A stretch of DNA of 64,000 bases from an uncultured candidatus Brocadiaceae bacterium (lineage in GTDB: Bacteria; Planctomycetota; Brocadiia; SM23-32): NCBI GenBank assembly GCA_964655775.1, contig CAZZNQ010000006.1, positions 14,534 to 78,533 on the forward strand, written 5' to 3'. The stretch's first letter is position 1; the number at the start of each line of letters is the position of its first letter. The notes under the pieces are model-generated. The model was not told the origin of the DNA, made no database searches, and saw only the letters and a list, made by a program, of their open reading frames with translations. This document shows, piece after piece, positions 17,374 to 27,700 of the stretch. The position numbers and the translations under genes were made by a program.

Positions 17374-19140
17374 CTACCGCAGTACGCGTTCCACCTCCGC
17401 CTGGAACCGCTCGGCGAACTCCTGCTCATGCTCCGTCATCCTGCGGCGGAGTTCGTCCTCGGGCAGCTTCGTCCAGCGTTTCCGGCCGTTCAACTCGTTG
17501 TGCAGCGACTTGTACGGCCCGAAGAAATGCCGGTCGAAGACACGGTCGGCGGCGGCGCTCAGTTGCCGCTGCTGGGCGGCCGTCGCTCCCGCGGCGACGT
17601 ATGGTCGGACGGCGTCCGCCTTGTAGGAATCCCACTGGCGCTGCGAACGGACGAGTGTGTAATACTCGTTCTCACGCGCGATGCGGTCCGGCAACGAGAG
17701 TTCGCGCCACTCCTGCGGGATGAACGGGTCCTCCGCCTTCGCAAGCCATCCGACCAGCTCGCCCTGCAACTCGGCCCTCACGTCCGCATAAGCCGGATCG
17801 TCCACCAGGTTGTTGAGCTGGAACGGATCCTCCTGATCGTCGTAGAGCAGCCATTCGCCTTCAGCGTACACCACGTACGTGTACCGTTTCGTGCGGACGC
17901 CGCGGAACGGGTAGAAGTAGTTCCAGTCGTCGGGCACGAGTTGGCTGCGGTAGTAGTTGCGCTGGAAGTTGTTGACCAGGATGAACTGGGAACTCGGGTC
18001 CGGACCGTTGCCGCCCAGCACCACCGGCGAGAAGTCCTGCCCGTCGCAGCGGTCGGGCGGCGCGATGCCGGCAAGGCCGCAGAGCGTCGGATAGAGGTCG
18101 ATTGTGCCCAACAGGTTATCGGCGATTCGGCCGGCCTCCACGCGTCCCGGCCATCGCACCATGAAGGGACAGTGGATCGCCTCGGTGTAGGGATTGCCCT
18201 TGCTGCCGACGCCGTTCGAGCCGAACGAACTGCCGTGGTCGGAGCTGTAGACCAACACCGTGTCTTCGTCGATACCCAGCTCCTTCAGTGCGTCCATCAG
18301 ACGGCCGAGCTGCCGGTCCACCGCGCTGATGTGGGCATGGTAGTGCTGGTAGTAGAGCAGGCTATTCCCCTGTTTGTACCTCTCCTCCGTCACGTTCGGC
18401 CGGAAGTAGAGGTCGTCCTGGGGATAGAGATCAACGAACTCCTCCGGCGCGTCGTCCCATCGCCAGTGCGGCGGATTCCAGGAGAGCATCACCAGGAACG
18501 GCTTGTCTCCGTGGGCATTGGCCCGGATGAAGTCCAGAGCCTGATCGGTCATGCCGATGGCGTTGTACCCCTTCACGGGATGGAAGTCCTCGCCGGACGG
18601 GATGTCGCGCACCGGCGTCTCCCAGTGGTTGTCGCCGTACTGCCAGTGCTTGAAATAGTCGAATCCCGCGTTGGCGCAGGTCTGGTTCTTCAGGTGCCAC
18701 TTCCCCACGTAGCCGGTGACGTAGCCGGCGTCCTTGAAGGTGTGGGCGATGGTGGGCGCGTCGATCCCGATGATGTCGCCGTTCTCGTAGTAGTCGTTGC
18801 TGATGATGCCGGTGCGGTGCGGCCACATGCCGGTGATAAGCATTCCGCGGAACGGGATGCAGATGGCGGAGGTGCTGAAGCAGTTGTCGAAGCGCGTTCC
18901 CTCGCGTGCCATGCGCTCCATGTTGGGAGTCACCATCTGCGGCATCTGCGTGAACGGCAGGCTGCACCATCGGTGCTCGTCGGTGAAGGCGAAGATGACG
19001 TTGGGGCGCTTCCGGCCGTGGCGGGCCTGCGACGCTTGAACTCCGGCCAGTGGGCCCAGGGTCGCCGCGGCGGCAGCGGCGGTACCCATCTTGAGAAAAC
19101 CTCGCCGTCCGATCCGCTTCGCTTTGTTGCCTGCACTCAT
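17374..19140 (-). CDS. Tat-exported formylglycine-dependent sulfatase (arylsulfatase family)
   Basis: 588-aa ORF with a twin-arginine signal (GRRGFLKMGTAAAAAA). The canonical FGly motif is present: SAICIPFRGMLITG (C-x-P-x-R). It also has NVIFAFTDEH and YSSDHG blocks. Confidence 0.85.
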   Translation of the reverse strand: MSAGNKAKRIGRRGFLKMGTAAAAAATLGPLAGVQASQARHGRKRPNVIFAFTDEHRWCSLPFTQMPQMVTPNMERMAREGTRFDNCFSTSAICIPFRGMLITGMWPHRTGIISNDYYENGDIIGIDAPTIAHTFKDAGYVTGYVGKWHLKNQTCANAGFDYFKHWQYGDNHWETPVRDIPSGEDFHPVKGYNAIGMTDQALDFIRANAHGDKPFLVMLSWNPPHWRWDDAPEEFVDLYPQDDLYFRPNVTEERYKQGNSLLYYQHYHAHISAVDRQLGRLMDALKELGIDEDTVLVYSSDHGSSFGSNGVGSKGNPYTEAIHCPFMVRWPGRVEAGRIADNLLGTIDLYPTLCGLAGIAPPDRCDGQDFSPVVLGGNGPDPSSQFILVNNFQRNYYRSQLVPDDWNYFYPFRGVRTKRYTYVVYAEGEWLLYDDQEDPFQLNNLVDDPAYADVRAELQGELVGWLAKAEDPFIPQEWRELSLPDRIARENEYYTLVRSQRQWDSYKADAVRPYVAAGATAAQQRQLSAAADRVFDRHFFGPYKSLHNELNGRKRWTKLPEDELRRRMTEHEQEFAERFQAEVERVLR

Positions 19141-19289
19141 TGCCTTTGCACGTCCTTGCGTCTTCAGTTCTTAGAGGATGCCACCGGCACCCACCGCGGG
19201 GGCTACACGCAAGATGATTGTTGCAGACCCCGCACAGGCTGGCAAGCGCAAGGCCCCTGCGGATCGGACGGCGCCGGGCGCAAGGCGTA

Positions 19290-22073
19290 TCAGTTTGATG
19301 TGGTATCCCGGTCGATCTCCGCCCGGGCCCGCAGGCCGTCGTTCTCGAAGGTCACGCCCAGGTTAGCGAACAGGACGTCGAGCGCCGCCTTCGGCCAGGA
19401 CGGCCCGTCCTTCTGCTCGCCCGGATGACCGTAGACCGTCGACTCCACGGTCTGCCATTCCTCGTTCCAGACGTACTCGCCTCCGCCGGGACAGACCGGC
19501 TCCGTCTGCCAGACGCGACGGTGGACGTCGACGGGGTCGCGGTCGGGATACCGGTCGTGCCACTCGTTGAGGATGGGCAGATTGGCGTAGCATCGACGCT
19601 TCATCGCGCGCTGGTAGGAACTCACGCTGAGATCGCGCACGACTTCCACGAAACGCTTGCTGACCTGAAGGCACATGCTCTCGCCCAGCCAGGCATGCTC
19701 CTGTTTGGGAGTCGGCTCGCCGTCTGCAGCCGCCTCCGCCCTCGCGTTGCGGCGGTCAAGGGCCCGCTTGAGGGCGGGCTCGCTGAACGTCACCAGCAGG
19801 TCCTGCGGCGAGGGCGAGTAGTAGAGCGCGACATCGGCAAACGCCGGGGCCGCTTGCGAAACGGCACTCCGTGACGGCGTGACCTTGACGTAAGGCTGAC
19901 CTGCGTACTCGAGCGTCTCCCAGACCGTCATCCCGGGCGCGCTCGACTCGATGTAGCCCCTGAGGGCCGTCAGGAAAACGGTCAGCCTGACGGCGTTCTT
20001 GACCTCCACGCAGAGCACTATCGGCAGACCGCCGAGTATCTCCTCGAGAAAGTCGCCGTCCTCATCCTCCAGCTTCGCGAGCTCCTGCCAGCGCGGCGAC
20101 TCGTCCGCATAGACGCTGAGAGTGCCACCCATCCAGGAGAGCGGCTCCTGCCGGAAGCTGGAGACCATGCTGCGCGCGAAGCCGCTGAACTCGCGCATCG
20201 GCTCGGACTCGATGTCGATGGCCATCGCGTAGTGGATTATGGTCCCTTCGTGGGGGTCGCCGTCGCCGGGATCAATCTGCGCGCCTCGGGTCAGATTCCT
20301 GACCTGGGAATACTCGGTGCCCTCCACCAGCGGGATCACCGTCAGGTCGCCGGTCAACCTTCGGTCAGACACGCCGAAGCGGATCGCAATCGGGTCAAAC
20401 ACGCGGCGCCATCGCCTCTCGTATCGGTCGCGCCAACGGTTGTAGCCTTGGGCCTCCGCGTCGGTCACCTTGCTCGGCGCGATCTCGATGATCGGCGTCA
20501 TGAACTTGAGCGTGCCGTAAACGGAGGACTGCACGCCCTGCGCACCGATGCTCATCTCGCCGGCGTTCGGCAGTGGAAACTCGGTGTCGACCGGACCGGG
20601 CGTGACAGTGCCCTTTACCAGCGCGTCCACGTGCCGGGCCTGCACGTCGGCCATCACCGCCGCCGCGCGCGTGCGCCGCGAGGCCGCTATCCGCCACGCG
20701 GGCCCGCACCAGCGCCGAATGGTGGGATCCGACACGACCAACAAGGCCGTCTCGTCGGCGTCGCCTTTGGAGTAGCGATGCCGGAAGAACTTGTATTCAT
20801 CCAATTCCGCAAGCGACTCCGTTTTGCCGTCGCCTGCATCGGCAATGCGCTCCAGTTGCGCGAGCGAGTTCGTGACAACAACGGCGTCGCCCACCGTCGC
20901 GACGTAAGAGCAGACCGACCGATCCGGCGAGCGATAGCCCGCGTACGGGACGCCGCTCGTTTCGCCTTTCACCGCCTCCACGCCCTGCGCCCCCTGGGCG
21001 TGCGTGGTCACGCGACCGTCGATCATGGGCCGGAGCACGGCGACGTCCTTGGCCTCGAACAGCACGGCCACGTCGGTGCCGGTTCGCATGTAAGGATCGC
21101 CGCCGGTGATGGCAACGCTCTTCACGACGGACGGCCCGATCATGCGGGAGAGCGCATCCGCCTGAAGGCAGAGCTGTTTCTGGTATCGCTGGTGCACGCG
21201 CGCATCTTCGGACCGCATCTCCATCAGCCGGAGGATGGGCGTGCCTTTGTCCCGGGCCTCGTCCATCATCCTCAGGAATCTGGAGAAATCCGGGAAGAAG
21301 ATCGCATGCTGGTCCGACGGAACGAGGTGGGCCAGCGCATCCAGGTCCGGGTCGGTGTCCTTCACCAGCGGCTCCCAGTCCATGGGATGCGTGGTGATGC
21401 CGGTGATGGAGTCGACTGCCACGGTCGGGCTGCCGTCGCCCTCGGCCTCCACGACCCGATCGAGCGCGAGGTTCTCGCTCACCGCCCGGCCGCCGGTCAG
21501 CAGGTTGTAGCTGTCTTCTACGTCGGTGGTGGATTGCCGCCGGGAACGGACCAGAGCGTCGTCGACCTCCACCGGCACGCCGCTCACCTCCGCGGCCTCG
21601 TTCCGGGCGAGATCGGCCTGATACCGGAACCACGCGGCGCCCGGCAGACCGCTTCGCCACAGGTTCCGGTAGTAGCGCGCCTTCACGTGGAAGAACTCCT
21701 CCTTCTGGGCCGGATCCGCCGCGTCGGACGGCACCCGGAACGCCAGTTTGGTGGAGTCCAGGTAGAGGTGGCCGGTGACCTCGCGCGCCGAGGGCGTCGC
21801 GATCGCCAGAGCAGACTGGCCCCCGTCACGATTCCGGCGCCCGGACGCATCCGAAGCCCGCGCGGACCTCGCCGCATAGGCTTCGCCCTCACCGTCCAAA
21901 ACGACCCGCGCGCGGGTGGTCATGCCGCTCCAACCGGTGAACACCCTCTCAGGCAGCTCACCCCCGGAGACCTCCAGCCCCTCCAGCGGCACCACGTAAT
22001 ACGCCCGGTCGGCGAAAGCTACCCCGCAAGCAACGCACATGACTACGACTGCGGCCACCATTCGCTTCAGCAT
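19290..22073 (-). CDS. large secreted protein of unknown function
   Basis: The ORF track starts at GTG 22118. ATG at 22073 is preceded by GGAAGGAGGGG and gives the signal peptide MLKRMVAAVVVMCVACGVAFA. 927 aa of ordinary composition with no domain I recognise. Confidence 0.7.
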   Translation of the reverse strand: MLKRMVAAVVVMCVACGVAFADRAYYVVPLEGLEVSGGELPERVFTGWSGMTTRARVVLDGEGEAYAARSARASDASGRRNRDGGQSALAIATPSAREVTGHLYLDSTKLAFRVPSDAADPAQKEEFFHVKARYYRNLWRSGLPGAAWFRYQADLARNEAAEVSGVPVEVDDALVRSRRQSTTDVEDSYNLLTGGRAVSENLALDRVVEAEGDGSPTVAVDSITGITTHPMDWEPLVKDTDPDLDALAHLVPSDQHAIFFPDFSRFLRMMDEARDKGTPILRLMEMRSEDARVHQRYQKQLCLQADALSRMIGPSVVKSVAITGGDPYMRTGTDVAVLFEAKDVAVLRPMIDGRVTTHAQGAQGVEAVKGETSGVPYAGYRSPDRSVCSYVATVGDAVVVTNSLAQLERIADAGDGKTESLAELDEYKFFRHRYSKGDADETALLVVSDPTIRRWCGPAWRIAASRRTRAAAVMADVQARHVDALVKGTVTPGPVDTEFPLPNAGEMSIGAQGVQSSVYGTLKFMTPIIEIAPSKVTDAEAQGYNRWRDRYERRWRRVFDPIAIRFGVSDRRLTGDLTVIPLVEGTEYSQVRNLTRGAQIDPGDGDPHEGTIIHYAMAIDIESEPMREFSGFARSMVSSFRQEPLSWMGGTLSVYADESPRWQELAKLEDEDGDFLEEILGGLPIVLCVEVKNAVRLTVFLTALRGYIESSAPGMTVWETLEYAGQPYVKVTPSRSAVSQAAPAFADVALYYSPSPQDLLVTFSEPALKRALDRRNARAEAAADGEPTPKQEHAWLGESMCLQVSKRFVEVVRDLSVSSYQRAMKRRCYANLPILNEWHDRYPDRDPVDVHRRVWQTEPVCPGGGEYVWNEEWQTVESTVYGHPGEQKDGPSWPKAALDVLFANLGVTFENDGLRARAEIDRDTTSN

Positions 22074-22124
22074 CTCACCCCTCCTTCCGGTTCCCCGTTG
22101 ACGGCACCAGACTACCACATCGCA

Positions 22125-22153
22125 AGCTTACGGCCCCGGCCGCCGCCCGTCAA
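22125..22153 (-). promoter_or_regulatory. sigma70-type promoter candidate for 19290..22073
   Basis: On the minus strand: TTGACG (22153-22148), a 17-nt spacer, then TAAGCT (22130-22125). The predicted TSS near 22118 argues for the ATG 22073 start. Confidence 0.5.
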
Positions 22154-22166
22154 GCCGGTCCACACC

Positions 22167-24200
22167 TCAGGCAAGGCGCACGGCGCCCCAGTAGAGCGGT
22201 ATGTGCCAGACGCCCGGCTTGCCCTCTGGGTCCAAGAACTGCTCCAGGACGTGCCCGCCGCCGCTGAGGACATAGTGGAATCCCAGCACGGCCCCCGGCG
22301 TCATCGCCGCTGCGGGCATCGCCGACGCCGGCACCAGAAACTCCACCGCGTATCCCCCGCGCCAGGCGCGCCAGCGCGCATCGATCATGTCGGGGCGGTG
22401 CATGCACGGCCCGTAGGACACGCGCACCCGCGCCCGCCCCTCGTCCTCCGCCGGGCCCGCCGAGTACTTGCCCGCGTGGGGGTTGCCGATCGCCGAGAAG
22501 CTCCGCGCGTGATCGTCCTCAATGTACAGCTCGATCCCCGCCCCCGCCGTGCCTCCGTCGGGCACCGCCACGGCCAGGTATATCCCCTTCTCACTCCAGG
22601 CCGCGCGCACGTACCGGCTCGGCGCATCCGTCGACGGAAGCTGGAGATAGGGCACGTGCTCCCAATCATCCAGCACCCCATCCACCACCATGCCGTTCGG
22701 CGCGTGCGGCACCGGCGACGGCGTCGGATCCGGAATCAGCAGCCGCACGGATGCACGCGTCAGCCCGGCGTCAATGTCCTGGCCCGCGTAGTCCACGCCG
22801 TCGTAGCTCACGGATCGGTGCAGGCGCGGCGTCGGCCGCAGAAACCCGGGGCGCACGTCGAGGTCGTCTGGGGCGATGATCGTCACCTCACGGACCGCAT
22901 CCCCCACCGTGAACTCGGTCAGCTCGACCTTCCACGGGCTCCCCTCGGCCGAGCTCAGCCGCACCACGGCCTCATCCGGCAGCGGGTCCCGCAGCACCAC
23001 GCCCGCCTGCACCCGCGCACCGGGTTCGGGCACGCCACGCAGGTCCAGCGCCACCCGGGCCGCCTCGACGTAGGCCAGTTGCGCGCCCTCCTCGGTCGTC
23101 AGGGCGTCCCGCATCACGGACTCCTGGTACGCACCGCCATCCTTCACCAGTTCCAGTTCGTCGATCACGTCGCCGTCGGGCGTCTTCACCGCCATCGTCA
23201 GCCGGTTACCGTCGATCTCGAACGCGCAGTAGTGCAGACCCACATAGTTCCGCGCCAGCACGGGGCTGGGCCGCAGCTCGTACTCCGGCCCCCCGCCGCC
23301 GCCGCTGACAATGTGGACCACCGGCTTGCCGCCCTCGGGCCCGATCGGCCGGAAGCGCTCGTAGATGTGGGAATGGCTCGCCAGCACCAGGTCCGCCCCG
23401 TGCCGCTCCAGCACTTCCAGCACGTCCCCGCGCCCCCATCGGCTCGCCGCGCCGCCGATGTTGAATATCGGCTCGTGGAACACCGCGATGATCCAGTCGG
23501 CCCCGCACCGGGCGAGGTCGCCGTCCAGCCAGCGGACCATCTCCGCGTGCGCCGCCCGGTCGCCGTCGTGGCCCAGCAGCTCCGAATCCAGCACCACCAG
23601 GTGCAGCCCGCCCGTATCGGCGCTGTAGTAGCACCTCTCCCCCGGCAGGTCGAACAGCGTCCGCACCAGCACGCCGTCCACCTCGTGGTTGCCGCGCACG
23701 GGCCAGAACGTCGTGCGCCGCCACACCTCGCGGCCGGGGTCGAAGAACTCCTTCTTCCACTGCGGCCACGCCGTCGCGTTCGCCGTCAGATCTCCCGTAT
23801 TCACGATGAAGGTGAACGGCAGCTCGCGCCCCACGGCCTCCAGCACGCGCCTGTGGCGCTCCGGGCCGGACCGGTTGTCGCCGTAGATCACGAACCGGAA
23901 CGCGTCGCCCGTATCGCGCGGTATGGCGGTTCGGAACTCGCCCTCCACCGCCCGCGCCCCGCGCCGCAGAACGTAACCATACCTGCGCCCCGGCTCCAGG
24001 CCGCGAACTTCGGCCACGTGCACCCGCTCCGGTCCCTGCACGATATCGCTGCCCTTGAGCGCGATGGCGGCCTCGGGAGCATCCGGCAGTTCCAGTCGCC
24101 ACTCGCCGTTCGCCTCGGGATGCGGCACCCAGCAGACCTTCGCCGTCGACTCCGTCGTCCCGGTCGTGTACGGTCCCATCAGCAGGTCGTCGGCGCTCAT
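22167..24200 (-). CDS. purple-acid-phosphatase-like metallophosphoesterase with a C-terminal CBM9/DOMON-like domain
   Basis: 677-aa ORF with calcineurin-like motifs (FVIYGDNR, NTGDLT, VRGNHE, FHEPIF, ASHSHIYERF). These follow an FN3-like N-terminal domain. The C-terminal roughly 200 aa (VVDGVLDDWEHVPYL...GFHYVLS) resemble carbohydrate-binding family 9-like modules. Confidence 0.75.
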   Translation of the reverse strand: MSADDLLMGPYTTGTTESTAKVCWVPHPEANGEWRLELPDAPEAAIALKGSDIVQGPERVHVAEVRGLEPGRRYGYVLRRGARAVEGEFRTAIPRDTGDAFRFVIYGDNRSGPERHRRVLEAVGRELPFTFIVNTGDLTANATAWPQWKKEFFDPGREVWRRTTFWPVRGNHEVDGVLVRTLFDLPGERCYYSADTGGLHLVVLDSELLGHDGDRAAHAEMVRWLDGDLARCGADWIIAVFHEPIFNIGGAASRWGRGDVLEVLERHGADLVLASHSHIYERFRPIGPEGGKPVVHIVSGGGGGPEYELRPSPVLARNYVGLHYCAFEIDGNRLTMAVKTPDGDVIDELELVKDGGAYQESVMRDALTTEEGAQLAYVEAARVALDLRGVPEPGARVQAGVVLRDPLPDEAVVRLSSAEGSPWKVELTEFTVGDAVREVTIIAPDDLDVRPGFLRPTPRLHRSVSYDGVDYAGQDIDAGLTRASVRLLIPDPTPSPVPHAPNGMVVDGVLDDWEHVPYLQLPSTDAPSRYVRAAWSEKGIYLAVAVPDGGTAGAGIELYIEDDHARSFSAIGNPHAGKYSAGPAEDEGRARVRVSYGPCMHRPDMIDARWRAWRGGYAVEFLVPASAMPAAAMTPGAVLGFHYVLSGGGHVLEQFLDPEGKPGVWHIPLYWGAVRLA

Positions 24201-24752
24201 CTGTGCTCCGCTGGCGTCGTGGACAGAGATTGCATCATCATGCTATACAACCATTTATGACGATTTGGGTTCGTTTCGCAATCGGACTGTTCTCCACAGC
24301 TATCTTCTGCTTCTGTCGGCAGACGCCGCCGTCGGACTGGCGCCCGGCCCAAGGCAGCGCGCCCGCCGTTGCCATGATACGCGTCTTTCCGGGGTCGTCA
24401 ACAGGCGGACCGGACACGAACGCCCATGAGCGCCCATAACGGACACCGGCATTCCGCGCGGCGTATCTGCGGGGCCATGTGCGGGCGATCAACCCGCGCG
24501 GTATGCAGCCTGCCACAAGCGTATCTACCCCCGTGTACCGTCCTGAGGTTACCTGCATTCTGTGCCGCTCGCGGCTTTTCAGGCTTGATTTCCAGGACCC
24601 CGGTGCGACAATGTAATCGGGTGTTGTGCCCCTTGGCGGGTCGATCCGGGCTGCAGTCTATCCGATCGAAGAGCCACTTCGGCTCTCGTCGGCCTGGGTC
24701 TCCATGCGAGAGAGCGGAAGACTTACTGGGGTGACTCTGGCAGGAGAGGGAC

Positions 24753-27700
24753 ATGAGCCGAACCGTCGTTGCCGTGCTTGCGGTCCTCCAGGCTACGCTA
24801 TGGAGCGGAAACGCACTCGCCACGCGCCGCTACTACAGCGACCTTGTGGCCCAGTCGCCGAACGAACGCTATCGTCTTGAGGCCAGGTCGCCCGACAACC
24901 GGAAAAAGGAGTACCCGACTCCGTTCCAGCACGACTTCGCCTACACCTGCATCGACATGGGAAACCGGCAGGTCCTTTGGAGAAGGCAACAGGCGGAGGG
25001 CTCCCCGGTCGAGGTGTTCATCGACGACGACTGCTGGGTGGTGATCAGAACGTCCGGCGATCGCCTCGTGATAGTCGACCCGGAAGGCGGCGACCGTGGA
25101 ACTGTCAACCTGCTCGAGGAGATGTCGGAGGACGGAGTTGCGCGGTACGTCCACCGTACGACCGCCGGCCCTTGGTGGGATCCGTCGTCAATCTGGTACT
25201 TCGCGGATTCCGGCGAGGCCAGGCTGTTCGCCGTGCGCCCCTGGTGGGGCGACAGGATCGTGGCGGACCTGGAGCAGGGCGTCCCCGTCGACCAGAGAGG
25301 AGCAACGTCTAGACACCTGGACCAGACCGAAAGGAGTTTCATCGTTGATGAACTCAAAGCCGGTTTGCAGCACAGGAACATCTGGGACAAGACGACCGAC
25401 TCCGGCTACCTCGAAGAAGGGGGCGTTGCGTTGCACCGGGTATGGACGGCGGCCTACCTGGCCGGCCGCACGGGCGCCGACGATGCGGTCGCACTGCTAC
25501 GCCAACTCGATGATGCCGCGCCTTGTGGGCGCTGGATGCACTTGCCGGGTGATGCTCCGCCCGCGGGTTCGGGACTGCCGATGCTTCACTACCGCAACTT
25601 CACAGTGCGACAGGCGGCCAAGTTGTCCCTGCTCCGGCTGGGCGAGATCCCACAACAGGTGGCGGGAACCCGGTTCTACGTCGGTACGGGCGATGGGAAA
25701 GCAAAACCGTATGAGCCGGCTGCTCCGGCACGGCCCCGGACCGAAGCCGCCCGGAGCATCCAGGATGGCATGACACCGATCGAGGTCCTCGCAGCACTCG
25801 GTGTGCCGGACTGCTGCAACTGGGAGGTCTGGTTTTACGAGTTGGATGCCGACCCGCCCTTCACCCTCGTTGTCCACTGGGGAGAGAACTGGGCCGCCGA
25901 GGTCGAGCGTCAGACACCGCCAATATGGAAAGGCACCCAGCTCGACGAAAATGTCCTCTGGGATCAAGGTACAGAGCTGAAGTTCCGGAATAACAGCGGG
26001 ACCTGCTGGGCAAGGCAGTGGGCCGAGGCGGAGCCAGGTTGGGTCAGCGTGGACGATCTCTTACTCCAAATGCCGTGCCGGGACACGCTAACCCCTCTGC
26101 AGTACGCGGCGGCCGTGGGCGATGGGGCAACGGCTAAACGTCTTCTCCGTGAAGGGGCGGAGCCGAACAAAGCCGATGCCGGGGGTTGGACGCCAATGCA
26201 CTGGGCGGCGGCCCGCGGGCACGAGGAGGTCGTTCGGCTGCTGCTCGACCATGGTGGCCGCCCGGACATTAGAGACAGCGTAGCGGGTAGCCCGCTGAAC
26301 TGGGCCGCCCTGACAAGCCATGACGACATTGCGGACACGCTCATCGCTGCACGAAAGAAGGTGGAGGCAACTCACCAGCCACGCAGTGAGAGTCCCGATT
26401 CACGCCGGGACGAGCAGGACAAGACAACTCGGAGTCCATGGCTACGCTCCGTGCGGATCAGGGGTCTGTGGGGCTGCGAGCCGGAGATTACAGCCGCCCC
26501 GGGCGAATGGGTGCAAATCCGACAGAACCTGTGGTGGTGTCTTACTGAAGGCAGCGACATGACCTTCAGTGAAGACGGCCCGCTGGTATCGCTGAGCATC
26601 GACGGAGGCCCGGCATCCGTGATGGGCTGCCGCGTCCGCGGTCACGAGGATATCCAGGTGCTGCGCAGCATCCTGCCCGAACGCAATGACGGTTTGACCG
26701 TCTGGGTAGAGAACCCGCTGGTGGAAGAGGTGGTCGGCCTTCCCGGCGCCGGGCGGATCACCTCCGTTGTCGTTGATGCACCTGTCACACCCGATGAAAT
26801 CGGACGATTGAGCGTCCTGCCCGGCCTGGAGTCGGCGGCCGTGAGTTGTCACTATCTCACCGATCTGACGTCCCTTGCGGGGCTGACAGGGCTTCGGTCA
26901 CTCAGGCTTACGGAGGGGGCCCGCATCAGAGATGTCTCGCCGCTGTCTTCCCTCGGCGCTCTCGCGTGCTTGGAAATGGAGGGCTTCAAAGCTCTTGAGG
27001 ACCTAGCCCCGATCGGGACGCTGACCCGTCTGCGCTCCCTCTCTATCGGGCGAATTGCAGAGGACGCGGATATGGCCCCCCTGGCATCGCTATCGGGTCT
27101 GAAAGCACTGGGCCTCGTCGGTTGCTCGGCCGAAAGCAACCTTCCCGCACTCGCCGGCCTGAAGCGGCTGCAGCGCTTCGAGGTCAACAGCTACGGCGGC
27201 GCGAACGTCTCGCCGCTGGCGCAGTTGCCGAATCTGACGGGCCTCGGCCTCTACCGCTGCGAGGACCGCATCGATCTCTCCCCGCTGAAAGCTCTGCCGG
27301 GGCTCCGCGATCTGTCGCTGACGATGCAGGCGGACCGACTCGACATCCAGGACACGCTGTCCTGGTTCCCTGGATTGGTCGGTCTTAGCCTGTCTATCAT
27401 CAATGGCTCCACGGACCTAAGCGCCGTCCGAGGGCGGTCGGATCTCAAGACACTGGAAGTGGACGATCTGGGACGCCTGCGGGACCTGTCCGATCTCTCA
27501 GTTCTGGAAGGTCTCAGGAATCTGAGTCTTCGTGGCAGTGGCAAAGTCCAGGACATTTCGGCGCTGTCCGGACTCGCGAAGCTGCGAATCCTGGCGCTGA
27601 GCTGGCTGACCGAGCTCCCGTTGGACTTCTCCGCCATGTCGACCTTGGCGGAGCTGGAGCGTTTGGAGGTCAGCCTCAGCGACCTGTCCGACCTGCGACC

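Noticed and set aside
20232-24260. Very long antisense ORFs in the ORF track. Examples are 20232..24260 (+, 1342 aa), 3918..5381 (+), 5451..7472 (+), 17428..19428 (+), 52118..54274 (+), 49720..51285 (-) and 33395..34430-type frames.
   Set aside because: They lie opposite or out of frame to genes with clear family motifs. They are extremely Arg/Gly/Pro/His/Ala-rich, lack RBS and domain signatures, and in one case span two independent genes. These are typical open-frame artefacts of high-GC DNA.
24238-24823. ORFs inside the long intergenic region: 24238..24558 (-), 24398..24823 (-) and 24426..24734 (+).
   Set aside because: They have no RBS, are Arg/Pro/Cys-rich with low-complexity composition, overlap one another, and have no recognisable motifs.
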